Assembly (NCBI GenBank): GCA_965223265.1
Contig: OZ244999.1
Coordinates: 2,784,001-2,848,000 of the forward strand
Origin: Planctomycetota bacterium
GTDB taxonomy: Bacteria; Planctomycetota; UBA8108; SXIK01
Length of the DNA: 64,000 nt
Direction: 5' to 3'
In this document: one piece after another, positions 19,381 to 29,029 of the stretch
Position numbering within the stretch: position 1 is the stretch's first letter
How the letters are laid out: every line of letters starts with the position of its first letter
Notes under the pieces: generated by a model
Seen by the model: the letters and a program-made list of their open reading frames with translations, nothing else
What the model was told of the DNA's origin: nothing
Databases searched by the model: none
Position numbers and translations under genes: made by a program

Positions 19381-20715
19381 ATGAAAAGCTTAGTAAAGCA
19401 TCTGACTCTATTTGTTGGGCTTTTACTTATTCCAATCGGCTATCTAATCCACTCCGAGGTTGTTGGCAATGGACAGACCGTCCCCAACTTCGACAGCGAG
19501 TCCGATGGATCAGATGGGCCTCTGGTCATCTCGACGCCGAGTGTCGACCCGGAAGGCTACCTGTTCGACCCGAGAGACCCGAGTACGTTCGATCCCGACG
19601 GGAACAACGGTCGAGCCATGCTTGACCCTGACAGGGATGGAGTTTACCACTTTACGGAGATTTTGATCGGGGTGGGGGTGACCGTGAGGCTCTCGGCAGT
19701 TCCGTTAGGGACGACGCCGGTGATTTGGCTCTCGGAGGGGCCAATCGTCATTGACGGGACGCTTGATCTGAATGGAGAGGACGGACATCTATTCGATGCT
19801 GCGATTCGTGTGCCGTCGATTGCGGGGGCTGGTGGGAGTTCGGGAGGCGTAGGAGGAGACAATGCTGATACCCAGCGAGGTTTTCCGTCCCAACCTGGAG
19901 CGGGGCCAGGAGGTGGCGGCGTAAATCCGACCCCCGGAGGCTGTGGGACGTCAGCGGGACATGCATTCAACGTTCAATCAAATGCTTGCGGCGTCGGTCC
20001 CCGTCTCGGTTTTGCCTACGGCAATGAGTTTCTATTGCCGCTTATAGGTGGATCTGGCGGTGGAGGGATGTGGGGTAACTCGACGAGTTCTGGAGCCGGA
20101 GCTGGTGGAGGGGCTTTGTTGCTTGCGAGCTCCGAATCCGTGAGCATCGACGGTGTTGTCAGCGCCGATGGAGGAATCGGCGGAACGCTAAGCTCTGGAG
20201 GGGGCAGCGGCGGAGCGATACGGCTTGTTGGGCCAGTGGTAGCCGGCAACGGCTCGCTTTTGGCAAGGGGGGGCGACGCAGGCCACGGTGGATCGGGCTC
20301 GGTCGGACGAATACGAGTAGAAACCTACGACTCTCAGTTCGAGGGAGTGACAGACCCGCCGGCAAGAACCTCCAATCCAGGCCTCCTGTTTTCTCCGAAT
20401 CCTCTGCCGATCGTGAGGGTGGTGAGTGTAGACGGAACGGGGCTTCCATCAAATCCGATCGGTGATCCGCAGGTCCCAGACGCACAAATCGACGAAGACG
20501 GTGACACCGTGATCGCTATCGAAGGCAACAACATCCCTGTCGGCACAATCGTTCGTCTGAACATGCAATCGGACAATGGTCCGCCTATGATCGTCGAGTC
20601 CAGTCCGCTTGCTGGGACATTTGGCTCGTCAACAGCAACCGCCTCTGTTCAACTTCCTCCCGGTCTCTCCCGCTTTTCTGTGATGGCGACGTGGGACCCG
20701 GACGGAGGTGGATAA
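19381..20715 (+). CDS. Secreted glycine-rich protein
   Basis: Signal peptide; FDSESDGSDG, GGSGGGG and GGGSGGAIRL motifs; 10 bp downstream of the large protein. Confidence 0.8.
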   Translation: MKSLVKHLTLFVGLLLIPIGYLIHSEVVGNGQTVPNFDSESDGSDGPLVISTPSVDPEGYLFDPRDPSTFDPDGNNGRAMLDPDRDGVYHFTEILIGVGVTVRLSAVPLGTTPVIWLSEGPIVIDGTLDLNGEDGHLFDAAIRVPSIAGAGGSSGGVGGDNADTQRGFPSQPGAGPGGGGVNPTPGGCGTSAGHAFNVQSNACGVGPRLGFAYGNEFLLPLIGGSGGGGMWGNSTSSGAGAGGGALLLASSESVSIDGVVSADGGIGGTLSSGGGSGGAIRLVGPVVAGNGSLLARGGDAGHGGSGSVGRIRVETYDSQFEGVTDPPARTSNPGLLFSPNPLPIVRVVSVDGTGLPSNPIGDPQVPDAQIDEDGDTVIAIEGNNIPVGTIVRLNMQSDNGPPMIVESSPLAGTFGSSTATASVQLPPGLSRFSVMATWDPDGGG

Positions 20716-20782
20716 GGGCAGATTGGACGGAACGCTTGCCACGACGTTTGGCGACGACGATCTCAGGTTTTGATCCGCACAA

Positions 20783-21334
20783 TCAATGATGGTAGACGTG
20801 AAGATTCTGCGTCTTCGGCAGCATCTCCGGCGGTGGGGGAACCGAGAGGAGTGCCTCTCGAAGTCGCGATTGGCGCAGTTGGCGCCGAGTGCTGCGGAGC
20901 TCGGACCTGATTTGCTTCTCTTCCGATGACAGTCGGGCGCTTTGCAGGTGCCGCTCGTTCTCCATTCGCTTGCGCTCGAGGGCCAGCTGTTGCCGCTGGA
21001 GGAGCCATTGCATCTTCTGCTCGGGGCCGAGCTGTTCGAGGAGGTGCTCAACCGCTAGAAGATCTTCAAGCTCTGCCTTGTAGGCTTCGAGCTCAGCCCT
21101 TACCTCGGCGAGCTCTTCTCGGGTCTCTTCGTGCGCGTCGATTTCTTGATCCAACGCAGACGGGGAGTGAGGAAGATTGTGCTCATCCTCGAGGTCCCAA
21201 ATGATCCTGCCAACACGACGAGCGTTTTCCTCGTGTGCGGCCTGAAGGTTTCGGAGCGCAGGCAAATGCGCTGGACCGTACTCACAGCCGAGAGCGCACA
21301 AGAAGCCAAAGATCAGCGTGAAACGAACACCCAT
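20783..21334 (-). CDS. Hypothetical coiled-coil lipoprotein
   Basis: Lipobox-like ALGC, E/L/R-rich helices, GGGAGGG RBS. Confidence 0.6.
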   Translation of the reverse strand: MGVRFTLIFGFLCALGCEYGPAHLPALRNLQAAHEENARRVGRIIWDLEDEHNLPHSPSALDQEIDAHEETREELAEVRAELEAYKAELEDLLAVEHLLEQLGPEQKMQWLLQRQQLALERKRMENERHLQSARLSSEEKQIRSELRSTRRQLRQSRLREALLSVPPPPEMLPKTQNLHVYHH

Positions 21335-21486
21335 GGACTGCCCTCCCTTCTCGGAAGAAGCGTACGATGGGAACTGTCGCGTGACCAGGGGGCCTGTAAG
21401 TCGTCACACGATTGGGGGTTGTGTTGTCTGGCTATGTCGACTTAACGCTCGCGGTCGGACGCAACTGGCGATGACTCGACAAACGG

Positions 21487-24075
21487 TTAGGTCTCTTCGA
21501 TTGATGTCGCGGCAGTCACCGCTGCGCCTCCGCCACCCCCACGGCCCCCGCCCACCATCTCACACCCAACACAAAGCACCCGCCGCTTCACCCCCTGCAG
21601 CGTCACCCGCACCGTGGTGCGGCCGGCGTCGACCCTTCGGAGGAGCCCTCTCTCCTCCAGCCGGCGCTGGAGCGTTCGCAGGCCGACCCCGACCGCGCCG
21701 CCAACTGTTGTGGCGAGCTTTTGCACCATCGAGTACGCCGCCTCTGGGTGGAGCAGCAGGTCGCCCTCCGATCCCAGCCATCCGATGCGATCGCCTTGTG
21801 GTTGCCAGAGCGGTGCGCGCTGGTCGTCGCCGGACGCGCTTCGCCAGCCCCAGGCGAGCGGGTCGTCCGGTGGGGTGCCGTCGACCGACGCGACGTGCGC
21901 TTGGCCCGCCGCGATCGCCGCGCCGAGGAGTGCGAAGAAGCGCTCGGTCGCATCCTCTGCACGCTCGTGCTCGGTCTGCTCGCGGCCGAGCTCCAGGAAG
22001 ACGTTCTTCGCCTCGTCCCCGAGCTTCGTTGCGGCACTGCCGTCGATGGCATCGGCACCGACCGCGAACCAAAGAAAGATGTTCCAGCCGGCGAGGAGGC
22101 TCGCAAAGTTTCCGAGCGATCGCTTGTGCGCACGCGGGCTCTCCGCCAGTTCGGCGCGCAGCCGCACGACCTCTCGCTCGAGCACGCATCGCATCTCGTC
22201 TCGCTGCGGCGCGAGCCAGGAAATGAACGCAGCCATCGAACCAGCAAGCTCTCCGCTGCGCGCGGCGCCTTGGGCTTCTGTGAGCGCCCTCCAGTCAACA
22301 TCGCCTCGCCCGATCTCGACGATGACCATGCGTGCACGAAGACTCTCGCCACGCGGTATGTCCTCACCGGTTGAGACGATGAGCCCGCGCGGCGGCCTCG
22401 CCCGAACGACTTCACCATCGGCGCGCAGCCGCTGTCTGCCCGATCGATTCCCCTGCGCTCTGAAGAGCCGGTCCGCACTGCCGTGCAGCCGCGTGATGTC
22501 CTGATGACTGCCGATCGGACAAAAGTCATCGACGACGAGGAGCGCGTCCTTTGCCGTGAACGCGACGCGCTCGAGTGAGTTCGCCGTGCTCGACCAGCTC
22601 CCCGGCAGGCTCGACGCATCCATGGCGGCGCCGAAATGTTGCTGCGCTACTGCCGCCAGCTCCGTCTTGCCCGCGCCGCTCTGCCCGGCGAGGTGAAGGC
22701 TCACACGCACGTCGCCGAGAACGGCCCGGTACGTTGCCGCAAGGAGCGGCAGCGTGACGCGGCGCGGTGCGACGTCGAGGAATGAGATGCTCGCGCGCAC
22801 GAACGCGGTCAACTCCGCGCCGCACGGCGGCTCGGGGAGCGAGTAGTTTTCAAGTGCGCTTTCGAGCTCCACGCGGACGTCTGCGCACATGCCCGCTGCA
22901 CCGATCGCGCCGCCGGCGTGGAGAAAGAGCTGCTCTCCGCCGACCGCCCGCCAACCGGTGTGCGCAAAGACCTTCGCCGCTTCCACCTCCTCACTCAAGG
23001 TCTGCACGGCGCAGCGCGTGTGATCGCGCTTGCCTTCCCCAGGATAGATGATCGCCTTGGCGCCGAGGTGCTCGCTCGCCCAGTCGAGGCTGCGAAAGCG
23101 CGCCACTGGCACGGTGAACCTGCGCTCTTCGCTCCCGAGGCGCGCGCTCAGTTCGAACTCGCGCCGCGGCTGGGCACCATCATCGATTTCAATGTCGCGA
23201 ACGATCGTGGCGACAAAGTTCGCCAGCGGCACCGGCGAGATTTCATCGCGAAGCACGCGATTCCACACAAGCCCATCGTCGGTGGCGCTGTAGGTCTCGG
23301 CGGTGAATGCGCCGCCCCTCAGCTCCGTCTCGGCGAAGGTGAGGAGTTCGCTCGTCGTGCCGCCAGCTGCGAAGTAGTCATCGAGTCCAACCTTCTCGCC
23401 GGCGTCCCCCGGCGGTAGGTAGATCAGCCGGACGTTCGCCTGCCGCGACTCGAGAAATCCCTTCAGTCGCGCCAGCGCCGCATGAACTGCCTGCTTCTCC
23501 ATGACGTCGCTGTCGAACGCGACGTACACCTTGCGGGCTTTCAGCGCGATCGACTCCCAATCGGCCAGTGCGCACTTGCCACCCTGCTCGTTGGTGCCGC
23601 GAAAGTTCCACACGCCCAGAAGCGCGATCGTGCAGAGTCCCTGCGAGACTGCCGAGTCGGCCTTGCGTACACCTTCGGTGATGAAGAGAGGCCGCGCGGG
23701 ATCGCCGAGCCAGCGGCGTACGGGCCGCGGCACATCGAGGACCATGCGAGCGCCGGCGATCGTTTCGTACTTGACGCTCTTACCGTTTCGGTCGACCCGC
23801 GGCGTGTCGGGACGGATTTGGTAGGTGGCGACCTCGCCGTGAACGTCGTAGATGGGTACGAGAAGCGCTGGGGTGCGCGCTTGTCGCTCGCTGAAGCCGA
23901 GTCGTCTGAGCTCGGCGCGGACTTCGACCGAGCGGTAGCCACGCGCTGCGGCGACTTCGTCGGCGATGGCGGACTCGCGGATGCGTCTGGCGTGGTGCGC
24001 CAGTAGTTTTTCAGGGGAAGATTGAACCAAAGGGTCTCCTCCAGAGTCTGCTGAGGCGAGCTTTCTGCACGTCAT
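21487..24075 (-). CDS. Replication primase-helicase (DUF3854 Toprim-like plus DUF927-like ATPase)
   Basis: ITEGVRKADS, VAFDSD and GLDDY Toprim-like motifs; Walker A GQSGAGKT and Walker B LLVVDDF. Start approximate. Confidence 0.85.
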   Translation of the reverse strand: MTCRKLASADSGGDPLVQSSPEKLLAHHARRIRESAIADEVAAARGYRSVEVRAELRRLGFSERQARTPALLVPIYDVHGEVATYQIRPDTPRVDRNGKSVKYETIAGARMVLDVPRPVRRWLGDPARPLFITEGVRKADSAVSQGLCTIALLGVWNFRGTNEQGGKCALADWESIALKARKVYVAFDSDVMEKQAVHAALARLKGFLESRQANVRLIYLPPGDAGEKVGLDDYFAAGGTTSELLTFAETELRGGAFTAETYSATDDGLVWNRVLRDEISPVPLANFVATIVRDIEIDDGAQPRREFELSARLGSEERRFTVPVARFRSLDWASEHLGAKAIIYPGEGKRDHTRCAVQTLSEEVEAAKVFAHTGWRAVGGEQLFLHAGGAIGAAGMCADVRVELESALENYSLPEPPCGAELTAFVRASISFLDVAPRRVTLPLLAATYRAVLGDVRVSLHLAGQSGAGKTELAAVAQQHFGAAMDASSLPGSWSSTANSLERVAFTAKDALLVVDDFCPIGSHQDITRLHGSADRLFRAQGNRSGRQRLRADGEVVRARPPRGLIVSTGEDIPRGESLRARMVIVEIGRGDVDWRALTEAQGAARSGELAGSMAAFISWLAPQRDEMRCVLEREVVRLRAELAESPRAHKRSLGNFASLLAGWNIFLWFAVGADAIDGSAATKLGDEAKNVFLELGREQTEHERAEDATERFFALLGAAIAAGQAHVASVDGTPPDDPLAWGWRSASGDDQRAPLWQPQGDRIGWLGSEGDLLLHPEAAYSMVQKLATTVGGAVGVGLRTLQRRLEERGLLRRVDAGRTTVRVTLQGVKRRVLCVGCEMVGGGRGGGGGAAVTAATSIEET

Positions 24076-24105
24076 GGGTTCACGAGCGTGCAGAGAAAAA
24101 GATTC

Positions 24106-24146
24106 TCCACCTCTTAGTTGCCGGAAGTAGCCCCTGAGGTGATGTG
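24106..24146 (-). promoter_or_regulatory. Island motif copy 2
   Basis: CACATCACCT-N13-CGGCAACTAAGAGGTGGA upstream of the primase-helicase. Confidence 0.6.
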
Positions 24147-24357
24147 AATTCTGGAGAAATTTTCGAATGCGCTGGTGAAGTCGACTTTTGAGTCCGCTCA
24201 AGGCCGCCAGAGTCCTGTTGAGTTCTCCCGAGCGCACTCGAGGTGTGTGGGCGAGCACAGCGAGCCGCGGCGAGTGCGAGGGCGGACCGCGCAGCGCGCG
24301 CTGAGGGCGAAGAATCGCAGGGTGGTTCAAAGAGGTTCACATTTTCTCGATTTTTCG

Positions 24358-24395
24358 CATCACCTAACGCCAGTTTGCGGCAACTGACATGTAGG
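24358..24395 (+). promoter_or_regulatory. Island motif copy 3 (diverged)
   Basis: CATCACCT-N12-CGGCAACTGACATGTAGG upstream of the HTH gene, divergent from copy 2. Confidence 0.5.
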
Positions 24396-24527
24396 AGGCG
24401 CTGGCCGTGCTTTTTAAAGCTTCGACGTTGAAGCCGGCGCGGCGATCGGGAGTGCGCGAGCAGCGAATCGCAGGCGATCAAGCGCGCGTAGAACCGAAGG
24501 GCGCTGAGACCCGCAACTGGAGGACGT

Positions 24528-24776
24528 ATGGGAACGAACGACATGGAGAGGCGGACGCTGAAGTCGCTCGCTGGCAGTGCAGTAGCCGGAGAGAAGATCG
24601 AGCCGCTCCTACGCTCAACAGAGGTGTGCGAGATTCTGCGCGTCTCGAAGACGACGCTTTGGCGGCGCATTCGGCGCGGCGAGCTTGCGGTGATCCGCGC
24701 CGAGCGCAGACTCCTCTTCGAGCCGGAGGAGGTGAGGCGATACATCGCGCTGAGGCGATGTCGCGCGCGCAGTTGA
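24528..24776 (+). CDS. Excisionase/AlpA-like HTH protein
   Basis: LLRSTEVCEILRVSKTTLWRRIRRGEL....RRLLFEPEEVRRYI; GGAGG RBS. Confidence 0.85.
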   Translation: MGTNDMERRTLKSLAGSAVAGEKIEPLLRSTEVCEILRVSKTTLWRRIRRGELAVIRAERRLLFEPEEVRRYIALRRCRARS

Positions 24777-24809
24777 TCGAGGCCGCGTCACGTGATGTTC
24801 GGCAACAGA

Positions 24810-25240
24810 TGCGACCGCGCAAGAAAGTTGCGCGAGGTGCAATCGGCGGCGCACGGCTCGGTAGCGTCCCCGAGAGAGTGTGTGTCACATCGCCGCGGGT
24901 TTTCAGGGGTGTCTATGCGCGCGTAGCGGTCCCAGCGGTCCCAACGGGCCTGCGCCATCGCAAACTCGTTTGCATACGAACGTTATGAGCGCGCGATGGG
25001 GGACCGCTACGCCAGATGCGCGCTGTAGCGGTCCCCGCAGCGGGCCTGAGGTTCGCCCACGGGACCGCTACAGATCGCCAGAGGACCGCTGGGACCGCTA
25101 CGGATGTTGAATGGCCTTCATCTCAAGGTGTCATGCGCAAAGAACTTAGATGAGCCGCGGGACCGCTGGGACCGCTGGGACCGCTGGGACCGCTACGCGC
25201 GCATAGACACTCCGGTTCTGGGTGACGATGTGACAGACAC
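24810..25240. repeat. Palindromic GGGACCGCT-rich module, copy A
   Basis: Core 24878-25240 has ~60-bp imperfect inverted ends (GTGT.TGTCACATCG...GTGTCTATGCGCGCGTAGCGGTCCC) and about ten 9-mers in both orientations. Confidence 0.85.
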
Positions 25241-25423
25241 ATCTTCGTGTGGGGATTGTTGGCTGGTCGCGGTCTGAGCGTGAGCGACCGTTCGGCGGTG
25301 AGCGGTGGTGGCTGTTGGTGAACAAGCAGCCGCGATGCTCACTCTGGGCGGCCGACCGGCAGACCGACATGTCGTGCGACTTGGTCGCTCGACGAGCACG
25401 GATGTATGGTCCCAGGCACCGGT

Positions 25424-25894
25424 CTACTTGAGACTATAGACAGGGCGGAACCCTATCTCAGCACCTCCGTAGTCGTCCGGTGGGCCATATCTGCGGAGAG
25501 CCGAATAGCAGTAAAACCAACCGTAGTTCCAGGTGCCGCCTCGGATGACCCGGAGGTCGTTGCTGCCGGCGGGACGAGAACTGCTGATGGGGTCCGTTGC
25601 CCCCTCCTGAAGTTTCTCGTACCGATTCGGGTCGTAAAAGTCCGCGCACCATTCGGAAACGTTGCCATGTGTGTTGTGGAGACCAAAGTCATTGGGTACT
25701 GCCTCGACCTCAACCGTCATGTAATTGTCGTAGTTGACCTGCGCCTTGCTGGGTCGCGTGTTGCCGAAAGCAAAAAGTGTGTTTGTCCCCGCCCGGCAGG
25801 CGTATTCCCATTGCGCTTCAGTCGGAAGCGAGAGTCCTGTTTTCTCACAGAAATCCACGCACTCCTGCCAGGATACTTGCTCCACAGGGGGCAC
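25424..25894 (-). pseudogene. N-terminally truncated formylglycine-generating enzyme (FGE/SUMF1) domain
   Basis: PVEQVSW, LPTEAQWEYACRAGT, NDFGLHNTHGNVSEWC, RVIRGG.W and IGFRP motifs; the N-terminal part of the domain is missing. Confidence 0.75.
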
Positions 25895-26276
25895 GCGTAC
25901 GTGGATTCTCAGTTCGACGCCTCACGACCAGCGATATGGCAAGCCAGATTCCGCTCACACCGATGATCGCGGTGGGTGCCAGCCACGTGAGCCAAGAGTC
26001 GTTCACTTGAACTGACGTCGGTCTGGAGGGTACGTACGTGACGGGAACTGAGTCGCCCTCACCTTGTTCCGTGGTGAATTCACACTTGTAGCGTCGCACA
26101 GAGCTCTCGCGACCGCGAGAGGCATGGGTGATCGTACCTTTGGTCTCGACTGAGATCATCGAAAACACAAGGGCATACCCGAGGAGGACGAAACCACATA
26201 CCACGCCGAGCGCGGCCAAGCCGTAGAAGTCCCAAGCGAATCGATGAAGCGTTGCGCGGAATCGTTGGCGGCTCAT
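25845..26276 (-). CDS. DUF3592-like membrane protein (possibly degraded)
   Basis: TM - ETKGTI...EFTTEQG..GDSVPVTYVPSRP - TM architecture. Confidence 0.55.
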   Translation of the reverse strand: MSRQRFRATLHRFAWDFYGLAALGVVCGFVLLGYALVFSMISVETKGTITHASRGRESSVRRYKCEFTTEQGEGDSVPVTYVPSRPTSVQVNDSWLTWLAPTAIIGVSGIWLAISLVVRRRTENPRTRAPCGASILAGVRGFL

Positions 26277-26365
26277 ACCATCGTCCAACTCTACTGGATC
26301 GCGCTGAAGGGGAGAGCAAGGATTTGATTGTCGTCGCGCGACGCGATCGCCCTCGCGACCGCGAC

Positions 26366-26737
26366 TGCGACCACGCAAGAAGTTTGCGTGAGGTGCAATC
26401 GGCGGCGCACGGCTCGGCAGCGTCTCCGAGCGAGAGTGTGTCACATCGCGGCGGATTTCAGGGGTGTCTATGCGCGCGTAGCGGTCCCAGCGGTCCGAGC
26501 GGGCCTGCGGCATCGCAAGTTCCTTTGTATGCGAATGTTATGAGCGCGCGATGAGGGGCCGATGAGCCAAACGCGCGCTGTAGCGGTCCCCGGCCCACGG
26601 GACCTCTACAGATCGTCAGGGACCGCTGGGACCGCCACGGATGTCGAATGACCTTCATCTCAAGGTGTCATGCGCAAAGAACTTAGATGACCCGCGGGAC
26701 CGCTCACGTCGGTTCGGGGTGACGATGTGTGACACAC
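26366..26737. repeat. Palindromic GGGACCGCT-rich module, copy B
   Basis: Direct diverged copy of 24810-25240, sharing e.g. CCTTCATCTCAAGGTGTCATGCGCAAAGAACTTAGATGA, with internal deletions. Confidence 0.85.
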
Positions 26738-26889
26738 CTTGGCCGGGAACTGGCGAGGTGTCACCAACCCCATTTGCGACCGAAGTGAGCCGGGGAATTC
26801 TCGGTCGGTGCAGGTTTTCGAGTACAATCCGGGCGTACTGAGGGATTCCGGACTCTTACATAGCGGGCATTTGGAACAGGGGAGAGCGA

Positions 26890-27195
26890 GTGCCAGACAT
26901 CTTGACGAAGAACTTTGTCCTGACGGCTGTGTGCGTGCCTGTAATAGGTCTGTTTTCGTATCTGTGCAGCCTCTGCGTATGTCTCATCATCGACCCGACG
27001 GCCTTGTCGTGGAAGCTCGGACTCAACTCACCCGGTAGCATTGCGGGTGACAGGATAGAAATGGTAGAGCTCGTCCAGGCCATGATGGTCGCTGGGGGAA
27101 TGTTCATCGGAGTTCTGGTTGCCCAAATCGTGTTCGTTGTGGCTCACCGTGGGGGAACGCAACGTGAAGACACTGGAACCAGCGAGAGAGATTGA
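26890..27195 (+). CDS. Small hypothetical membrane protein
   Basis: Two hydrophobic segments; GTG after GGGGAGAG. Confidence 0.4.
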   Translation: MPDILTKNFVLTAVCVPVIGLFSYLCSLCVCLIIDPTALSWKLGLNSPGSIAGDRIEMVELVQAMMVAGGMFIGVLVAQIVFVVAHRGGTQREDTGTSERD

Positions 27196-27537
27196 GATGA
27201 CTCTTGCCAAAAGGCGTCTTCGTGTGCCCAGCGAAGGCTGGCGCGTTCAGTGGGATTGAAAAACCCACCGGGGCAAAAGTCAGAGCCCTCCATCCTGAGC
27301 GCGGATTTCACTCTCCCTTCCCGCACACCCTTCCGCCCATTGCAGCGTGAGCCGCGGCCGTTGCCGACTTCCTGACATCCTCCCTGGGAACGAAACGAAG
27401 CGCGCGGACTGCCTAGTCGCGACGGTTGCCGAGCTCCTCGTCACCGCGCGCCAAATAGATCACCACGGGCGACCACCCCGTGTGAAGCCTGCACCAGACG
27501 CATTCCGGCACACAGAGCCCATCCAACGCCTCGAAGA

Positions 27538-27723
27538 GTGTCTGTCACATCGCCACGGGATTTCAGGCGGTATATGCGCGTGTAGCGGTCCCAGCGGTCC
27601 CAGCGGGCCTGCGCCATCGCAAACCCCTTCGCATGCGAACTTTACGAGCCCGCCTGCCGGGACCGCTACGCGAAAAGCGTGTTTCGTAGCGGTCCCCTGA
27701 GCCCGCGTAGCGGTCCCGCGGCC
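27538..27723. repeat. GGGACCGCT-rich module, partial copy C
   Basis: GTGTCTGTCACATCGCC...GTAGCGGTCCCAGCGGTCCCAGCGGGCCTGCGCCATCGCAAAC matches the left half of copies A and B. Confidence 0.8.
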
Positions 27724-27802
27724 ACTTTCTGCCCACTTCGCACGCCGTGAATCTGCCTCGGTGGCCTCGTGCAGAAAGTTTTTTCGCGTTTTTTCGATTT
27801 TC

Positions 27803-27842
27803 CACATCACCTAACTCCTTCGAGCGGCAACTAAGAGGTGGA
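27803..27842 (+). promoter_or_regulatory. Island motif copy 4
   Basis: CACATCACCT-N12-CGGCAACTAAGAGGTGGA upstream of the 27883 ORF. Confidence 0.6.
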
Positions 27843-27882
27843 GAATAATTCATCAGTTGGCCCTTTGAGAAGGAGTGAGAGA

Positions 27883-28305
27883 ATGCAGTCAAAAACGCGC
27901 ACCGCCCGCCGGCAGAGCCGCTCGAGAGTGCGCCCCGAGGTGCGAGTGTTTCGCCGCGCCCGTGCGCGTCGACCCGTCGCGCCCAACGAACTTTTGACCC
28001 TGGCGCGGAGCGTTGCCGCCGAACGTGCGCTCAGCCACTCGCTGAGGCTCTGCACCGTCGACGACGTCATCGCGGCGATGGAAGAGCACGGCGTTGACGG
28101 CTCGGCGCTCGGGCCGCTGCTCGGAAACGTCTTTCGCGGCCGCGAGTGGAGCGCGATGCCATGGCGAGTGAAACGCGCCGGGCGGCGCCGTCGCCTGCGG
28201 CCGATTCGCATCTGGCAGCTCACCGGCGAGCGATCTAGCGCGTGGATCCATGAAGCCGAGATTGGCTCGTTCGGGCTTGGCGGCATGCGCGGGCGGGGCG
28301 GATGA
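27883..28305 (+). CDS. Hypothetical basic protein, phage-like
   Basis: AAGGAG RBS; Arg-rich; CTVDDV...LGNVFRGREW segment. Confidence 0.65.
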   Translation: MQSKTRTARRQSRSRVRPEVRVFRRARARRPVAPNELLTLARSVAAERALSHSLRLCTVDDVIAAMEEHGVDGSALGPLLGNVFRGREWSAMPWRVKRAGRRRRLRPIRIWQLTGERSSAWIHEAEIGSFGLGGMRGRGG

Positions 28306-28635
28306 AACGGTGCAGTCCCACACCGGCGGCGACCGCTCGCCTCGGCACGGGACGGGGAGGAGGGCGGGAGCTTTTTCAGCCGCACGCAGGGCGCGAGGAG
28401 ATCACGGGTGTGATTGAAGCGATGTCTCCAGAGTCATTCGGGCGACCGGCTACAGGTGGGGCCGGTCGCCCGGAGAAAGGAGGTGAAGAAACACCAAAAA
28501 AACTTAACTGCGACCACTAAAGACAAGTAGACCTGCATGAAAGAGTTGGCACTGGGAGACGACCACAAGATAGCGCCCGGTGCCGGCTCTTCCTTTTGAA
28601 GTACATTGGAGAGACGGAGGTGAAAACTCAAGGGT

Positions 28636-28908
28636 ATGACGGGCAGCATGAACGGTCAGAGCGATGAAAGCGGCCTCGCGCTCGAGGTCTCGGCGCTGAA
28701 GACACGCGCGGCGAAAATCGAGACGCAGCTCGAGGCGATGCGAAAGCTCATCCACGGAAATGGCCAAAGCATCCCGAGCCAAGTGGTGACGAACCGCGAG
28801 CACATCCGCCTGGTCAGCAGCCAGGTGAGCTGGGCGTTCGTTGTCATTCTCGGCGTGCTCGGACTCATCATTCAGGCTTTGATTTTGTACTACACGCTTT
28901 TGAACTGA
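28636..28908 (+). CDS. Small coiled-coil plus C-terminal TM protein (holin/XhlA-like architecture)
   Basis: Coiled coil, I.GNG motif and one C-terminal TM helix; GGAGG upstream. Confidence 0.55.
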   Translation: MTGSMNGQSDESGLALEVSALKTRAAKIETQLEAMRKLIHGNGQSIPSQVVTNREHIRLVSSQVSWAFVVILGVLGLIIQALILYYTLLN

Positions 28909-29029
28909 TCGATCGCGCCCTCTTTTCGACGGCGTGTACAGGGCGTGGAGCGATCGCCCCGAACCTCCAGCAAGCGCGCGAGTGGGCGAGCGAAGCCGAA
29001 TCGTAAGGCGGTGAAAACGAACGAACGAA

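Noticed and set aside
24878-27723. CRISPR array or integron attC interpretation of the GGGACCGCT repeats
   Set aside because: The repeats are 9-mers in both orientations with irregular spacing. There are no constant-length unique spacers, no cas genes and no clear attC R-box pattern.
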